A stretch of 64,000 bases of DNA from the IMG/VR virus record IMGVR_UViG_3300045988_014525, one strand, 5' to 3'. Positions 25,329 to 34,841 of the stretch are shown one piece after another (position 1 is the stretch's first letter; the number at the start of each line of letters is the position of its first letter). Below the pieces are notes generated by a model. That model searched no databases, was not told the origin of the DNA, and was given only the letters and a program-made list of their open reading frames with translations. Origin of the DNA: a virus. A program made the position numbers and the translations under genes.

Positions 25329-25552
25329 GAGTTAGTAATGCTAGTGGGACAAATAGTCCTGCTAGCATTAAAGCTGTCAGTGCTATTCAGCGTGTTTACA
25401 CAGATACTCTTGCTACGTGTTAGAAAGATACTCTTGCTGTCATCCGACTTATGTTCGTTGTCCGGCAAAGCCATCTGGCAAAGATAATCACGATAGGAAA
25501 CGACCTAGGACAACTGATAAGCTACTTATAACAACTGATAAACTAATTCATC

Positions 25553-26434
25553 ATGTACACTACTAAAGACATCAAGTCGATAACTGTCCAATCAGTCCAT
25601 CTTATAATCATTCGTATGAATGATAATAAGAGCTATATAATAGATGCTCAAGAGCTTGTTGATATAATTAATAAGGAAATATACTTGAAAAAGTGTAGAA
25701 AATCTAGAGTTAGTGCTAGAGTAAGTGACGATCTAAAGGCTAGATTAGATGGCTATGAGAGTGAAATAAGAGGTAGAATGAGTAAATCTAAGAGTAAAAG
25801 TAAGAGTAATAGTGAACTTAGGAGCAAGTTTAGTGCTGATGAACTAGATACTATTGATAAAATTGTAGATGAAATAGAGAAGTTTAAAGAGATTATTGGA
25901 GGTAAGTGTGACAGAGGTAGTGATTTAGGTGCTGCCGAAGCCGCTCAACTTTCCTCTAATCAAGCTACTCAACTTCCTACTCAAGTAGTTAGCGCCCCTT
26001 GTTCTCCCTTAGAGTCTAAAGTCTCCGACTTTATCTCTAACTCTCTTTTATCCAATCCTATCAACAGTCCCAGTCCAACTGATAACTCAATTGACAAGCC
26101 TATTGTCATTAATACTCCTATTGATACTCCTATTGATACTCCTATTGATACTCCTACTATCTCTGATTGTATTAACACTATTAACACTGACGTTAACACT
26201 ATTAACACTGGCAACAATAGTTCTAATAGTTATTATTGTAAGATTGATAATAGTATTAGTAGCTCTCGTTGCAATAATGATAATCCTAGTATCTCCGATA
26301 CTACTCATATCAAAACAGCCAACAGTAGTTCTAAGATAGTCAACAGTAGTTCTAATAGTACTAATAGGTTTAATAGGTTTAAGAGATTCATTAAGACAAT
26401 TAAGTCTATATTTAAAACTACTCGTTACAACTGA
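25553..26434 (+). CDS. Low-complexity S/N/T/I-rich protein with PIDT and KS repeats (293 aa)
   Basis: ORF track; ATG verified. Contains the DNA 12-mer CCTATTGATACT x3.5 (PIDTPIDTPIDTP) and KSKSKSKS. That it is coding is plausible but not secure. Confidence 0.45.
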   Translation: MYTTKDIKSITVQSVHLIIIRMNDNKSYIIDAQELVDIINKEIYLKKCRKSRVSARVSDDLKARLDGYESEIRGRMSKSKSKSKSNSELRSKFSADELDTIDKIVDEIEKFKEIIGGKCDRGSDLGAAEAAQLSSNQATQLPTQVVSAPCSPLESKVSDFISNSLLSNPINSPSPTDNSIDKPIVINTPIDTPIDTPIDTPTISDCINTINTDVNTINTGNNSSNSYYCKIDNSISSSRCNNDNPSISDTTHIKTANSSSKIVNSSSNSTNRFNRFKRFIKTIKSIFKTTRYN

Positions 26435-26463
26435 TAAATTTAATTCTTAACAATTTACAATTT

Positions 26464-27282
26464 ATGGAAGATATTACAATTACTCAAGACCAACTATTCG
26501 ATGTTATTAAGAGAACAATGTCTTTTAGCAAGGAATATGCTATTGAAAAGCTAGATAATGATGGAAACTTTATTGTTTTCATTAACGAAGACTTTACTAA
26601 TTTCTTTATTCTACGTAAGTCTCTAGTTGATTATATAGCTACTAAATCTAGTGTTTATGCTAATCTTCAAAATTCTTATAATAAGTTAGTTAAAACTGCT
26701 AAAAAACGTGCTAAAGAACTAATTAATCGTGAAGATGAGATTAAGTCATTAAGAGAAGAACTTAAAGTATTAAGAGAAGAAAAGAAGTGCAAGTCTTATG
26801 TAGTTGCTAAAGCTAACTATGATGAACTTTATAAAACTCATGAAGAACTTCTTAGTGATCATAATAAACTTATTGATGAATATAAAGGTCTTCAAGTAAA
26901 TTATACTGATCTTAAGAACACTTATGATGAGCTTCAACATATTTCCGATTCTTATAAGAATGATATAGAAATTCTTAGAACTGCTAATAAGAATCTTCGA
27001 GCAGCTAATAATAATTATGATCTTATTAAATCTCAAAACGATCAATTTGTTATTAGTTATAATCAACTTGAATCTGCTTATAAACATGTTCTTAGTCGAA
27101 ATGAAGAACTTAATAGTATAGTTAAACATAATAACACTGAGATTACAGTTCTAAGAGATACTGTTGAACAACTGCGTGCTAAGATTAAAACTCAGGATGC
27201 TATAATTGAGATAAATAAGGAGAAGATTGAAAAGAAAGATAAAGAACTTCAATCATATAAGAATAGCAATAAACAAGATTAA
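26464..27282 (+). CDS. Coiled-coil protein (272 aa)
   Basis: ORF track; ATG verified. The C-terminal 190 aa are long, heptad-like and K/E/N/L-rich. Confidence 0.6.
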   Translation: MEDITITQDQLFDVIKRTMSFSKEYAIEKLDNDGNFIVFINEDFTNFFILRKSLVDYIATKSSVYANLQNSYNKLVKTAKKRAKELINREDEIKSLREELKVLREEKKCKSYVVAKANYDELYKTHEELLSDHNKLIDEYKGLQVNYTDLKNTYDELQHISDSYKNDIEILRTANKNLRAANNNYDLIKSQNDQFVISYNQLESAYKHVLSRNEELNSIVKHNNTEITVLRDTVEQLRAKIKTQDAIIEINKEKIEKKDKELQSYKNSNKQD

Positions 27283-27290
27283 TTTGATTT

Positions 27291-27473
27291 ATGACAAGTT
27301 TCGATAATTACTTTATAAAAGTAATGCTAATGTTCATTGCTTTTATTACTATCTGGAATATGTTGCGATCTCATACTAAACATAGTAATATCATTTGTTT
27401 TATTATAGCTATTATAGCTGTTACTTTTACTTCTATTTGTTCAATTATTACTTATAACATTATTCTATTATGA
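27291..27473 (+). CDS. Small membrane protein (60 aa)
   Basis: ORF track; ATG verified. Has two hydrophobic segments and an ATGA overlap with the next gene. Confidence 0.45.
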   Translation: MTSFDNYFIKVMLMFIAFITIWNMLRSHTKHSNIICFIIAIIAVTFTSICSIITYNIILL

Positions 27474-27928
27474 AGATATTACAAAATTCTGATAAGCAAC
27501 TAGTTGTTGCTGCAAAAGATTCTATTATTATATTATCTGATGATAAAACTCTTGTTTCTGTTGACAAAGAGATTGTTTGTGCTGCTGCTGATACTCTTGG
27601 TATTCTTGACGAACTTAAAGAACAAATTCGTTATTATAATGACGAACTTAATAAGATTTATGAAGATGGTCGAAATTTAAATGTTCAACTAGAAACCTAT
27701 AAAGTTGAAATTAGAAATCTTAAAGACAATCTTGATCAAGTAAATAATCTATGTGAAGAAAGAGAGCGTATTATCAATGAGTGTAATCAAAAGATTATTG
27801 ATTATGAAGAGATTATTAAAGACTTAACGAAGGCGAATGAGTATTATATTCGTAAAAAGGATTGTGCCACCCCCGTAAAGGAATGTGATGATAACGATAG
27901 CTCTTATCCACCTACTAAAGTTAAGTAA
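27470..27928 (+). CDS. Coiled-coil protein (152 aa)
   Basis: ORF track; ATG verified. Heptad-like central region. Carries a 21-nt copy of the GC motif near the 3' end. Confidence 0.6.
   Translation: MKILQNSDKQLVVAAKDSIIILSDDKTLVSVDKEIVCAAADTLGILDELKEQIRYYNDELNKIYEDGRNLNVQLETYKVEIRNLKDNLDQVNNLCEERERIINECNQKIIDYEEIIKDLTKANEYYIRKKDCATPVKECDDNDSSYPPTKVK
27867..27887 (+). repeat. GC motif copy (21-mer identical to 18550-18570)
   Basis: ccacccccgtaaaggaatgtg. The gene reads CATPVKEC. Confidence 0.9.
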
Positions 27929-28004
27929 TCTTAATAAAGCTCTTAATCTTTAGTATTATCTAAATATTATTCATATACTTGTGCATTATTAAATACTACG
28001 AGTT

Positions 28005-28166
28005 ATGGAAGATTATTTAGATGGTGCTATTGGATTTCCTATTTGTGCATTAGGTACTGATGTTGATTATCTCGATTGTGAGATAGCCGACAGATGGAAT
28101 CGTGGTGAAACTTTATCTGAATCTAATCAAGATTTAGATTTAGATATAGAAACTATTGAAGATTAA
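28005..28166 (+). CDS. Small acidic protein (53 aa), below the ORF-track cutoff
   Basis: My own reading: ATG at 28005 (MEDYLDGAIGFPICALGTDVDYLDCEIADRWNRGETLSESNQDLDLDIETIED), stop at 28164-28166. It fills an otherwise empty gap. Confidence 0.3.
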   Translation: MEDYLDGAIGFPICALGTDVDYLDCEIADRWNRGETLSESNQDLDLDIETIED

Positions 28167-28184
28167 CTATTAAATAATAATATT

Positions 28185-28505
28185 ATGGCAGATATTTTAG
28201 AAGCTAAACGTCCAACTATTGCTCAGTGTAAAGCTGAGATTATTATTCTTCGTAACCGTAACTCTGAATTGAATACTACTCTTAATAGTGCTAAAATAAC
28301 AAGTGAACAGTTACGTATGTCTAATCAATCTTACGAATGTCGTATTCGTAATCTTGAAGAAGATATTAACAGACTTCGTAATCGTAATGCTGACCTCGGT
28401 AATAAACTAGGAATGAAAGATGCTAAAAGGCTTTATACTACTGTTGGTATTGTAGGTTTTGCTTTCATTCTTGGATTTGTACTTGGTATTCTCATTAAAC
28501 TCTAA
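28185..28505 (+). CDS. Tail-anchored coiled-coil membrane protein (106 aa)
   Basis: ORF track; ATG verified. Coiled coil followed by the C-terminal TM segment TTVGIVGFAFILGFVLGILIKL. Confidence 0.55.
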   Translation: MADILEAKRPTIAQCKAEIIILRNRNSELNTTLNSAKITSEQLRMSNQSYECRIRNLEEDINRLRNRNADLGNKLGMKDAKRLYTTVGIVGFAFILGFVLGILIKL

Positions 28506-28669
28506 CCAGTTTGTTTTATTTATACGCTAGTTAATGCAATTGAAAATACGTCTTGTCAAAGGGTTTTGAAATCTTTTAATTTATGAATTAATTAGCCAAT
28601 GCTATTAATATTGATAGACTGTGAAGTTAGTCAGTATTGATAGCATTTTTTAATTTAAAACTTTATAAT

Positions 28670-28927
28670 ATGGAATTAAATATACTTGAAGGTCTTATTG
28701 TTACTTCTAAGAATCTTCTAAATGGTTATATAGTAGCTAATGGAGGGTATGAAAGTATCAATATTACAACTCTTCGTAAAGCTGTTGATAATATGAGTTC
28801 TAATCCTCATTATAATAATCCTAAAGATCATAGGATGATATTTAGTAATTATCTATTTATTATCAGTAAAATTGCTAATATTATAAATGAAGATATTACT
28901 GAATATCTCAAAAGTAAATTAGTATAA
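28670..28927 (+). CDS. Hypothetical protein (85 aa)
   Basis: The track ORF starts at TTG 28637. The first ATG is at 28670 (MELNILEG...). Confidence 0.45.
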   Translation: MELNILEGLIVTSKNLLNGYIVANGGYESINITTLRKAVDNMSSNPHYNNPKDHRMIFSNYLFIISKIANIINEDITEYLKSKLV

Positions 28928-29184
28928 TTTCTGTTCTATTAATTATGTATGTGTATTATACACTAAGATTCAGTCATAGTAACACGGTCTGCGAAGATAG
29001 TGTTATTTTAAATGAACATACTGATGATGACTTATTAAGTTGAAACATTGTTCGAGTAATCGTTGAAGTAAGGGAAATCCTCTTCGTAAAATGTCTATGT
29101 TTAGTTATATTTTCCTTAGATTAAACTGTTTAAGGTTACTAGTAATACAGTTCGTGAGAATAGTATTGTCTATTTTATCCCATC

Positions 29185-29210
29185 GGAGTAGAAGCGTCTA
29201 CTCCTTTTTT
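29185..29210 (+). terminator. Rho-independent terminator inside the annotated N-terminus of track ORF 29091
   Basis: GGAGTAGA-agcg-TCTACTCC followed by TTTTTT. Confidence 0.65.
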
Positions 29211-29240
29211 ATTGATTATTCATTTAAATCATTATTATAT

Positions 29241-29570
29241 ATGAAAACAACTCATAAACAAATGTTGGAGTTTCTATTAATCATTCAAAGATTAGTTAGG
29301 AAACATTGTACTGATCTTTACTTTTTAGTTTCTACTCAATTTAAAGAATCTGAAAAAGTTCTTAGTTATATTAGTGTTTATATTACTATATATAATTTTA
29401 ATAGTGATACTATTAAATATAGTAGATTCTTTTCATTCTATATTGTTAATGATATTGAGGAAAATAATATTGTTCTTGATAATTTAAGGAACTATATTCA
29501 TATGGAAGTAGCAACTATTAATAATCTAAGAGAGAAAGTCAAACGAGATTCTCTTACGGGGGAAGTATAA
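29241..29570 (+). CDS. Hypothetical protein (109 aa)
   Basis: The internal ATG at 29241 (MKTTHKQMLEF...) lies just after the terminator. The upstream 50 codons of the track ORF span that terminator and look non-coding. Confidence 0.45.
   Translation: MKTTHKQMLEFLLIIQRLVRKHCTDLYFLVSTQFKESEKVLSYISVYITIYNFNSDTIKYSRFFSFYIVNDIEENNIVLDNLRNYIHMEVATINNLREKVKRDSLTGEV
29551..29565 (-). repeat. GC motif copy
   Basis: ctcttacgggggaag. The gene reads SLTGEV, then stop. Confidence 0.8.
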
Positions 29571-29731
29571 ACAATCTATTATTATTAATTATTTAAAACA
29601 AACTGGTATGATTAAAAAAAGAATTAGAATTGGTCGTAGTGAAAGACTTTATAGTCTAGTAGCTTTTACACTTAACACTGTTAATACTGTTAAGTTGTTG
29701 CAAATTGAATCACGTAGAAGAATATCGACTT

Positions 29732-30049
29732 ATGGCAAATCAGATAGAGTTTAACGTAGATAGCGAAGGTAGAATAGAAACTACTTTCGCTAATTGTATT
29801 ATATGTGGTAATAAATCTATTAGTATAGGTTCTACTAACTATAATATATGTCCTGAATGTACTGAAGTTCTAGAATCTGGTAAAAACTGTCTTGTTATTG
29901 AAGATCTTTATCATGATGAACAAAAGGTAATAGGTGGTAGAGCTATGATTCTTGAATCTGCTGCTATTAACGCTAAATCTTCTGTTGTTGTAATGTCTAA
30001 GAAGGAATTCGAACAATTATATAAAATCTATGTATCTAAAATGAATTAG
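29732..30049 (+). CDS. Zinc-ribbon protein (105 aa)
   Basis: The track ORF starts at TTG 29705. The first ATG is at 29732 (MANQIEF...). Contains CIICGN...(15 aa)...CPEC. Confidence 0.5.
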   Translation: MANQIEFNVDSEGRIETTFANCIICGNKSISIGSTNYNICPECTEVLESGKNCLVIEDLYHDEQKVIGGRAMILESAAINAKSSVVVMSKKEFEQLYKIYVSKMN

Positions 30050-30051
30050 TT

Positions 30052-30324
30052 ATGGAAATAGATCTTTATGATTATATTTATCCAGATGGAGTAGTAGATG
30101 TTCGAGTAGGTGAATACAAAGCTGTTATTAGTAATGATTTTGCTAATAACAGCTTTATTGTTATATTTACTGAACCTATTCCTAATTTAGTAGCTAGAAA
30201 GTTTGAAATACCACGTATTATCGATCCTTCTGCTGTTGATATTAAAGGATATAAAATAGTTAGTATTTATCCTCGTGTTGGAACATTTATTATTAATTGG
30301 AATAAACTTAAAAAGATAAAATAA
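30052..30324 (+). CDS. Hypothetical protein (90 aa)
   Basis: ORF track; ATG verified. Confidence 0.5.
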   Translation: MEIDLYDYIYPDGVVDVRVGEYKAVISNDFANNSFIVIFTEPIPNLVARKFEIPRIIDPSAVDIKGYKIVSIYPRVGTFIINWNKLKKIK

Positions 30325-30677
30325 TGAAATTCAATTTTACTCCTGTTAATGAAAAGAATAAAGTTGCTCGTGAACGAGTTGTTGAGAAACTTGTTGATGG
30401 TACTATTATTCTTGATGGTAATACTTACAGATTTAAAAATGTAGGTAATACTATGGTTCTCCCACTAACAAGACGCTCGTATTCTTGCGAAGGATTTCGT
30501 ACTATATTTGCTAAGTTCTTAGATAAGAATGGCAAGAATATTAAAATAATACGTAGTAATGGTTTTAGTGCTCCTAAATGTTATATTCCATTTAAGCCGG
30601 GAATTAAAGTTCGTGGTTATATTCGTATTGAAGATAATATCCAAAAATTTGATTTAAGAGATAATGGATTTAACTAA
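30324..30677 (+). CDS. Hypothetical protein (117 aa)
   Basis: ORF track; ATG verified. Overlaps the helicase start. Confidence 0.5.
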   Translation: MKFNFTPVNEKNKVARERVVEKLVDGTIILDGNTYRFKNVGNTMVLPLTRRSYSCEGFRTIFAKFLDKNGKNIKIIRSNGFSAPKCYIPFKPGIKVRGYIRIEDNIQKFDLRDNGFN

Positions 30678-32115
30678 ATATACTGATGCTAATAAAAGCA
30701 GTAGTGTAATAGCTTCCTTTACCAAAGATCAACTTAACGCCTATACTCATTTAATTGATTTCATTAATCGTGGATTCGATGAAAATGATTATAGGCGTGC
30801 TCTTATTGGTAGTGCTGGAACAGGTAAAACTTATATGATTAAAGAGGTTATTAATAAATGTAACCTCTCTAATTCTACAATAGGTTTAGCTGCTCCAACA
30901 CATAAAGCTGCTAGAGTTTTAAGTAATTCTACTAATATTAAAACTTCTACTATTGCTAGTGATTTAGGTTTTAGATTAAATACTGATCTAGAAGATTTCG
31001 ACATTAATAATCCTCCTTTTGACCCACTAGGTGAAAAGAAGATTAAAGGTTATCGTCTTTATATTATTGATGAAGCATCTATGATTGGTAGAAGTCTTAA
31101 AACTTATATTGAGAAAGAATGCAAAGAAAACGGATGTATGATTATCTATATGGGAGATAGTTCTCAACTTCCTCCTGTTAAAGAAACAATCAGTCCTTGT
31201 CTACGTGGTATTAAATACTATGAACTTAATCAAATTGTTAGACAAGAAGAAGACAATCCTGTTAGTTATTTGTTAAAGCTACTTAGATATGATATTCAAC
31301 ATAAGACTTGGAAGTTCTTAGAACATATTAATGCTAATAGATTTAAATTCGATTTAAGTGAATCAAAAGGTTATTATACTTGTGGTTTAAGTGAATTTCA
31401 ATCATTGGTTATTGATGGTTTTAATAATGAAGAGTTTACAACTAATGTTGATACTTGTCGTCTTGTGGCTTATACGAATAAAGCAGTTAGTGATTGGAAT
31501 AAGTTTATTAGAACTAATATAATTCAAGATTCAGAACGTGCGGCACTTACTCGTAATGATCTGATATTGTCTTATGTTACATTAGTAAATGAATTCAATG
31601 AGGCTGTTATTACTAATTCTGAAGATTATATAATTAAGAATATTGCTAATTTCACAAATAAAGATGGTATTAAAGGATTTACTGTTAAGTTCGTTAAAAT
31701 CAATGGTGGAGAATCTACTAAACCTTTGTTTGTTGTAGATCATAATGATAGAGCAAATATTCTTCTTTATTATAAACTTTGTAATGAATATATAGATGCT
31801 GCTAAATCTGCTCCTGCAAGTTCTCGTCGTGCTCGTTGGAAACTATATTATGAATTTAAAGAACGTAATCTTCTTCTTGCCAATATACTTGATAAGTATG
31901 GTAAGATTAAGTTCTATCGTGATTTAGATTATGGTTTCGCTATTACTTCTCACAAAGCTCAAGGTAGTACTTTCAAAGATGTCTATGTAGATATTAATGA
32001 TATTGTCTTTATGGCTAATGGTAGTCCATATGGTGATATTGATAATACTCTTCGTAGATTATATACTGCTTGTAGTCGTTGTAAAAATAGATTATTCTTA
32101 TGTTATGGGCGGTAG
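30664..32115 (+). CDS. SF1 DNA helicase (Dda/RecD/Pif1-like; 483 aa)
   Basis: Walker A GSAGTGKTYM, Walker B LYIIDEASMIG, and C-terminal AITSHKAQGSTFKDVYVD. Confidence 0.85.
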   Translation: MDLTKYTDANKSSSVIASFTKDQLNAYTHLIDFINRGFDENDYRRALIGSAGTGKTYMIKEVINKCNLSNSTIGLAAPTHKAARVLSNSTNIKTSTIASDLGFRLNTDLEDFDINNPPFDPLGEKKIKGYRLYIIDEASMIGRSLKTYIEKECKENGCMIIYMGDSSQLPPVKETISPCLRGIKYYELNQIVRQEEDNPVSYLLKLLRYDIQHKTWKFLEHINANRFKFDLSESKGYYTCGLSEFQSLVIDGFNNEEFTTNVDTCRLVAYTNKAVSDWNKFIRTNIIQDSERAALTRNDLILSYVTLVNEFNEAVITNSEDYIIKNIANFTNKDGIKGFTVKFVKINGGESTKPLFVVDHNDRANILLYYKLCNEYIDAAKSAPASSRRARWKLYYEFKERNLLLANILDKYGKIKFYRDLDYGFAITSHKAQGSTFKDVYVDINDIVFMANGSPYGDIDNTLRRLYTACSRCKNRLFLCYGR

Positions 32116-32650
32116 ATATTGTGAAGATTGTGCTTATCAAGTAATTAATGAGAAGAACCATTATATAAAAGGAATAGGTAATAAACAAAGTAATAAGATA
32201 ATTGTATTTCCTCATCTTGGTTTTAACGATAGAACTATTATTAATAGCGAAGCATTCAAACAAATTAGTGAGTTATATGATACTCTCTTTGATAGAAATA
32301 TCTTAGATGATTATTATATAACTTGCTTTGTTAAATGTCCTATTAGTATCAAACATCCTATTGATGTTATGACTAAAGCAAGATGTTATAATTATCTTCG
32401 TGAAGAATTTACTAGTAACAATTATAATGTTCTTATTCTTCTAGGTAATGCTTGTTCTTTAATTAATGTTCGTCCTCATTCGACTAATAACGTATATCGT
32501 AATTGCACAGGTCATTATGTCTTTGTTAATTATAGTCCTTTTGTTATTCGTTATGATCTTCTTAAAGATTCTTATATATCAAAATTTACTAGTATCTTTA
32601 AAGCTATCGCATATAACAACTTAAAAGAATTTATAATTAAAGACTTATGA
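32105..32650 (+). CDS. Uracil-DNA glycosylase-like protein (family 4-like; 181 aa)
   Basis: The internal ATG at 32105 (MGGRYCEDC...) overlaps the helicase stop. YYITCFVKCPI resembles the Y-x-T-N-x-V-K-C-x-P motif. The gene is adjacent to polB, as in crAss-like phages. The other UDG motifs are weak. Confidence 0.45.
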   Translation: MGGRYCEDCAYQVINEKNHYIKGIGNKQSNKIIVFPHLGFNDRTIINSEAFKQISELYDTLFDRNILDDYYITCFVKCPISIKHPIDVMTKARCYNYLREEFTSNNYNVLILLGNACSLINVRPHSTNNVYRNCTGHYVFVNYSPFVIRYDLLKDSYISKFTSIFKAIAYNNLKEFIIKDL

Positions 32651-34839
32651 AAGCCCTTGCTTATGATATTGAAGTTACTCGTAATTACTTCGGTGTTTGT
32701 TTCGTTGACTTAAATCATTATCTCGAAGTATTTAAAGATTGTGTTGATGATAAACAAGAAGCAATTCCTCTTATAGATAAGTTATCTGTTACTGAAATCA
32801 AGAACCGATTAGCTACTGTCAAACGTTATAGATTTAGTATTTTTGAAGATGATGATTCAGAATTATATCCTTTATTAAACTGGCTACAATACGAAGCTGA
32901 TTACTTTGGTTATAATAATAATAAGTATGACCGTCTTATGTTAAGTGCTCTTCTTATGTATTATAATCAGTTTGATAAACCTAGTAAACTTATTGAGTTT
33001 CTATATGATACATCACAAAGAATTATTCGTAATTCAGATAATGATGTTCTATGGCAAGATAGCTTTACTAATATGTTAATGAAGAATCGTCTTAACTTTC
33101 GTGATTTAGATCTTTTCCAAATCTTTAGATTAGATCATTTTCATAAAAGTCTTAAGCAAACTTCTATTAATATTAAATGGTATAATCTTCTTGAATATCA
33201 TATGCCTCCTATTAGTGAACTTGATGTTAACTATTACTATCGGTTAACAGAGAATAGAGGTCTTTCTATTGAACAACTAAATAGATTATATCGTAATTCT
33301 TTTGAGCGTTATCTTCATCCTGCTTGGAAAAAAGAAATGGAAGAGTATAACGATAATGATGTATTCATTTGTTGTGAGCTAGTTCGTATGAATCAAGAAG
33401 AGATTCGTTTAAGATATATGATTAGTAAGGAATATGAAATTAACGTTCTTTCTGCTAGTCGTAGTACAATTGCTGATAAAGTTATTGTTAAACTATATAG
33501 TAAGTTTACTGGTCTTCATCCTAAACGATTCATTGATACTAAAACTATCCGGAGAAAAATAGAAGTTTCCGAAATCTTGTCAGATAAGATTCAATTTTTA
33601 AGCCCGCAGTTGAACGATCTACTTCAATCCTTACGTTCCCTTGTCCTTAGGGGAGAAAAGGGCGAATTCGAGCGCACATTCACTTATGCAGGCACTTCCT
33701 ACACCCTCGCAACTGGCGGTTTGCATTCTAATGAAATACCTGCTATTTATGTTGCAGATGATAAACAAACTATTGTTGATAGGGATGTAACTAGTTATTA
33801 TCCGAATCTTATTCGTAGTCTTAAAGTATGTCAGAAACACCTTAATCCTAAAGCATGGTTTCGTATTGCTGATACTATTGTTGATGAAAGAACTGAACAC
33901 AAGCATCTTGCAAAAGATAAAAGTCTTAGTCTTATTCAACAAATTAAGCATTTTACTGCTGCTGCTTGTCTAAAGATTGTAGCTAATGCTGGAATCTTTG
34001 GCAAAATGGGTAGTGAGAAATCATTTCTTTGTGATAAGAAAGCAATGTATAAAGTTACTATTAATGGACAATTGTTTCTATTAATGCTAATTGAAAGACT
34101 AGAAGATGCCGGAATTCATGTTATAAGTGCTAATACAGATGGTATCGTAACTATTGTTCCTAAAGGTCTTGAAGAAACTGCTGATAATATTTGTCATTGG
34201 TGGGAAAAACATCTTGGTCTTGAACTTGAATTTACTAGTTATAGCAAATATATTACTGAAGGTGTTAATAGTTATCTAACTGTTAAAACTGATGGTAAGA
34301 AGAAGTTTAAAGGTAGAATGAATCCTAAGATGTATCTAGAAGATTTATCTAAAGGTTATAATTCTCCTATTGTAGCTAAAGCTGTAACTGAGTATTTTAT
34401 TAATGGAACACCTGTTATGGAAACTCTTCGTAATAGTAAATCTATTCTTGATTTTTGTCGTACTCAAAACGTTAATCGTAAGTATTATATTGAATATACT
34501 CATGTCGTAGATCATAAAATGGTTGTCGAAGAAGTTCAAAGAAATACTAGATTCTACGTTTCTCTTACGGGGGGGTCGCTCATGAAGGTAGAAGTATTAG
34601 GTTGGGATGAAAATAATCAACCTAAACTTAAAAAGAGTTCTCTCTGTGCTGGTCAACGAGTTACTGTATGTAATCTTGTTGAAGATAAGGATATATCTGA
34701 ACTAAATATTAATTATCTATATTATTATAATGAATGTATGGCTATTATTGAACCTATTGAACAATCACGTAATAATAAAGGTAAAGGCAAACGTTTAGTA
34801 AAGAAATATTATGGAATGCGAAATACATTATTTGATTAA
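32647..34839 (+). CDS. polB: Family B DNA polymerase with 3'-5' exonuclease domain (730 aa)
   Basis: Exo I LAYDIEV, Exo II NNNKYDRLML, Exo III EYNDNDV. Motif A DVTSYYPNL, motif B KIVANAGIFGKMG, motif C ANTDGIV. Confidence 0.9.
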   Translation: MKALAYDIEVTRNYFGVCFVDLNHYLEVFKDCVDDKQEAIPLIDKLSVTEIKNRLATVKRYRFSIFEDDDSELYPLLNWLQYEADYFGYNNNKYDRLMLSALLMYYNQFDKPSKLIEFLYDTSQRIIRNSDNDVLWQDSFTNMLMKNRLNFRDLDLFQIFRLDHFHKSLKQTSINIKWYNLLEYHMPPISELDVNYYYRLTENRGLSIEQLNRLYRNSFERYLHPAWKKEMEEYNDNDVFICCELVRMNQEEIRLRYMISKEYEINVLSASRSTIADKVIVKLYSKFTGLHPKRFIDTKTIRRKIEVSEILSDKIQFLSPQLNDLLQSLRSLVLRGEKGEFERTFTYAGTSYTLATGGLHSNEIPAIYVADDKQTIVDRDVTSYYPNLIRSLKVCQKHLNPKAWFRIADTIVDERTEHKHLAKDKSLSLIQQIKHFTAAACLKIVANAGIFGKMGSEKSFLCDKKAMYKVTINGQLFLLMLIERLEDAGIHVISANTDGIVTIVPKGLEETADNICHWWEKHLGLELEFTSYSKYITEGVNSYLTVKTDGKKKFKGRMNPKMYLEDLSKGYNSPIVAKAVTEYFINGTPVMETLRNSKSILDFCRTQNVNRKYYIEYTHVVDHKMVVEEVQRNTRFYVSLTGGSLMKVEVLGWDENNQPKLKKSSLCAGQRVTVCNLVEDKDISELNINYLYYYNECMAIIEPIEQSRNNKGKGKRLVKKYYGMRNTLFD
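34561..34577 (-). repeat. GC motif copy (G7 run) inside polB
   Basis: tctcttacgggggggtc. The gene reads SLTGGS. Confidence 0.8.
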
Positions 34840-34841
34840 TT

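Noticed and set aside
25043-25474. 143-aa antisense ORF
   Set aside because: It lies opposite the GC-rich 3' half of 24675..25328 and the spacer. It is a compositional shadow with no start context and a low-complexity Ser/Thr-rich product.
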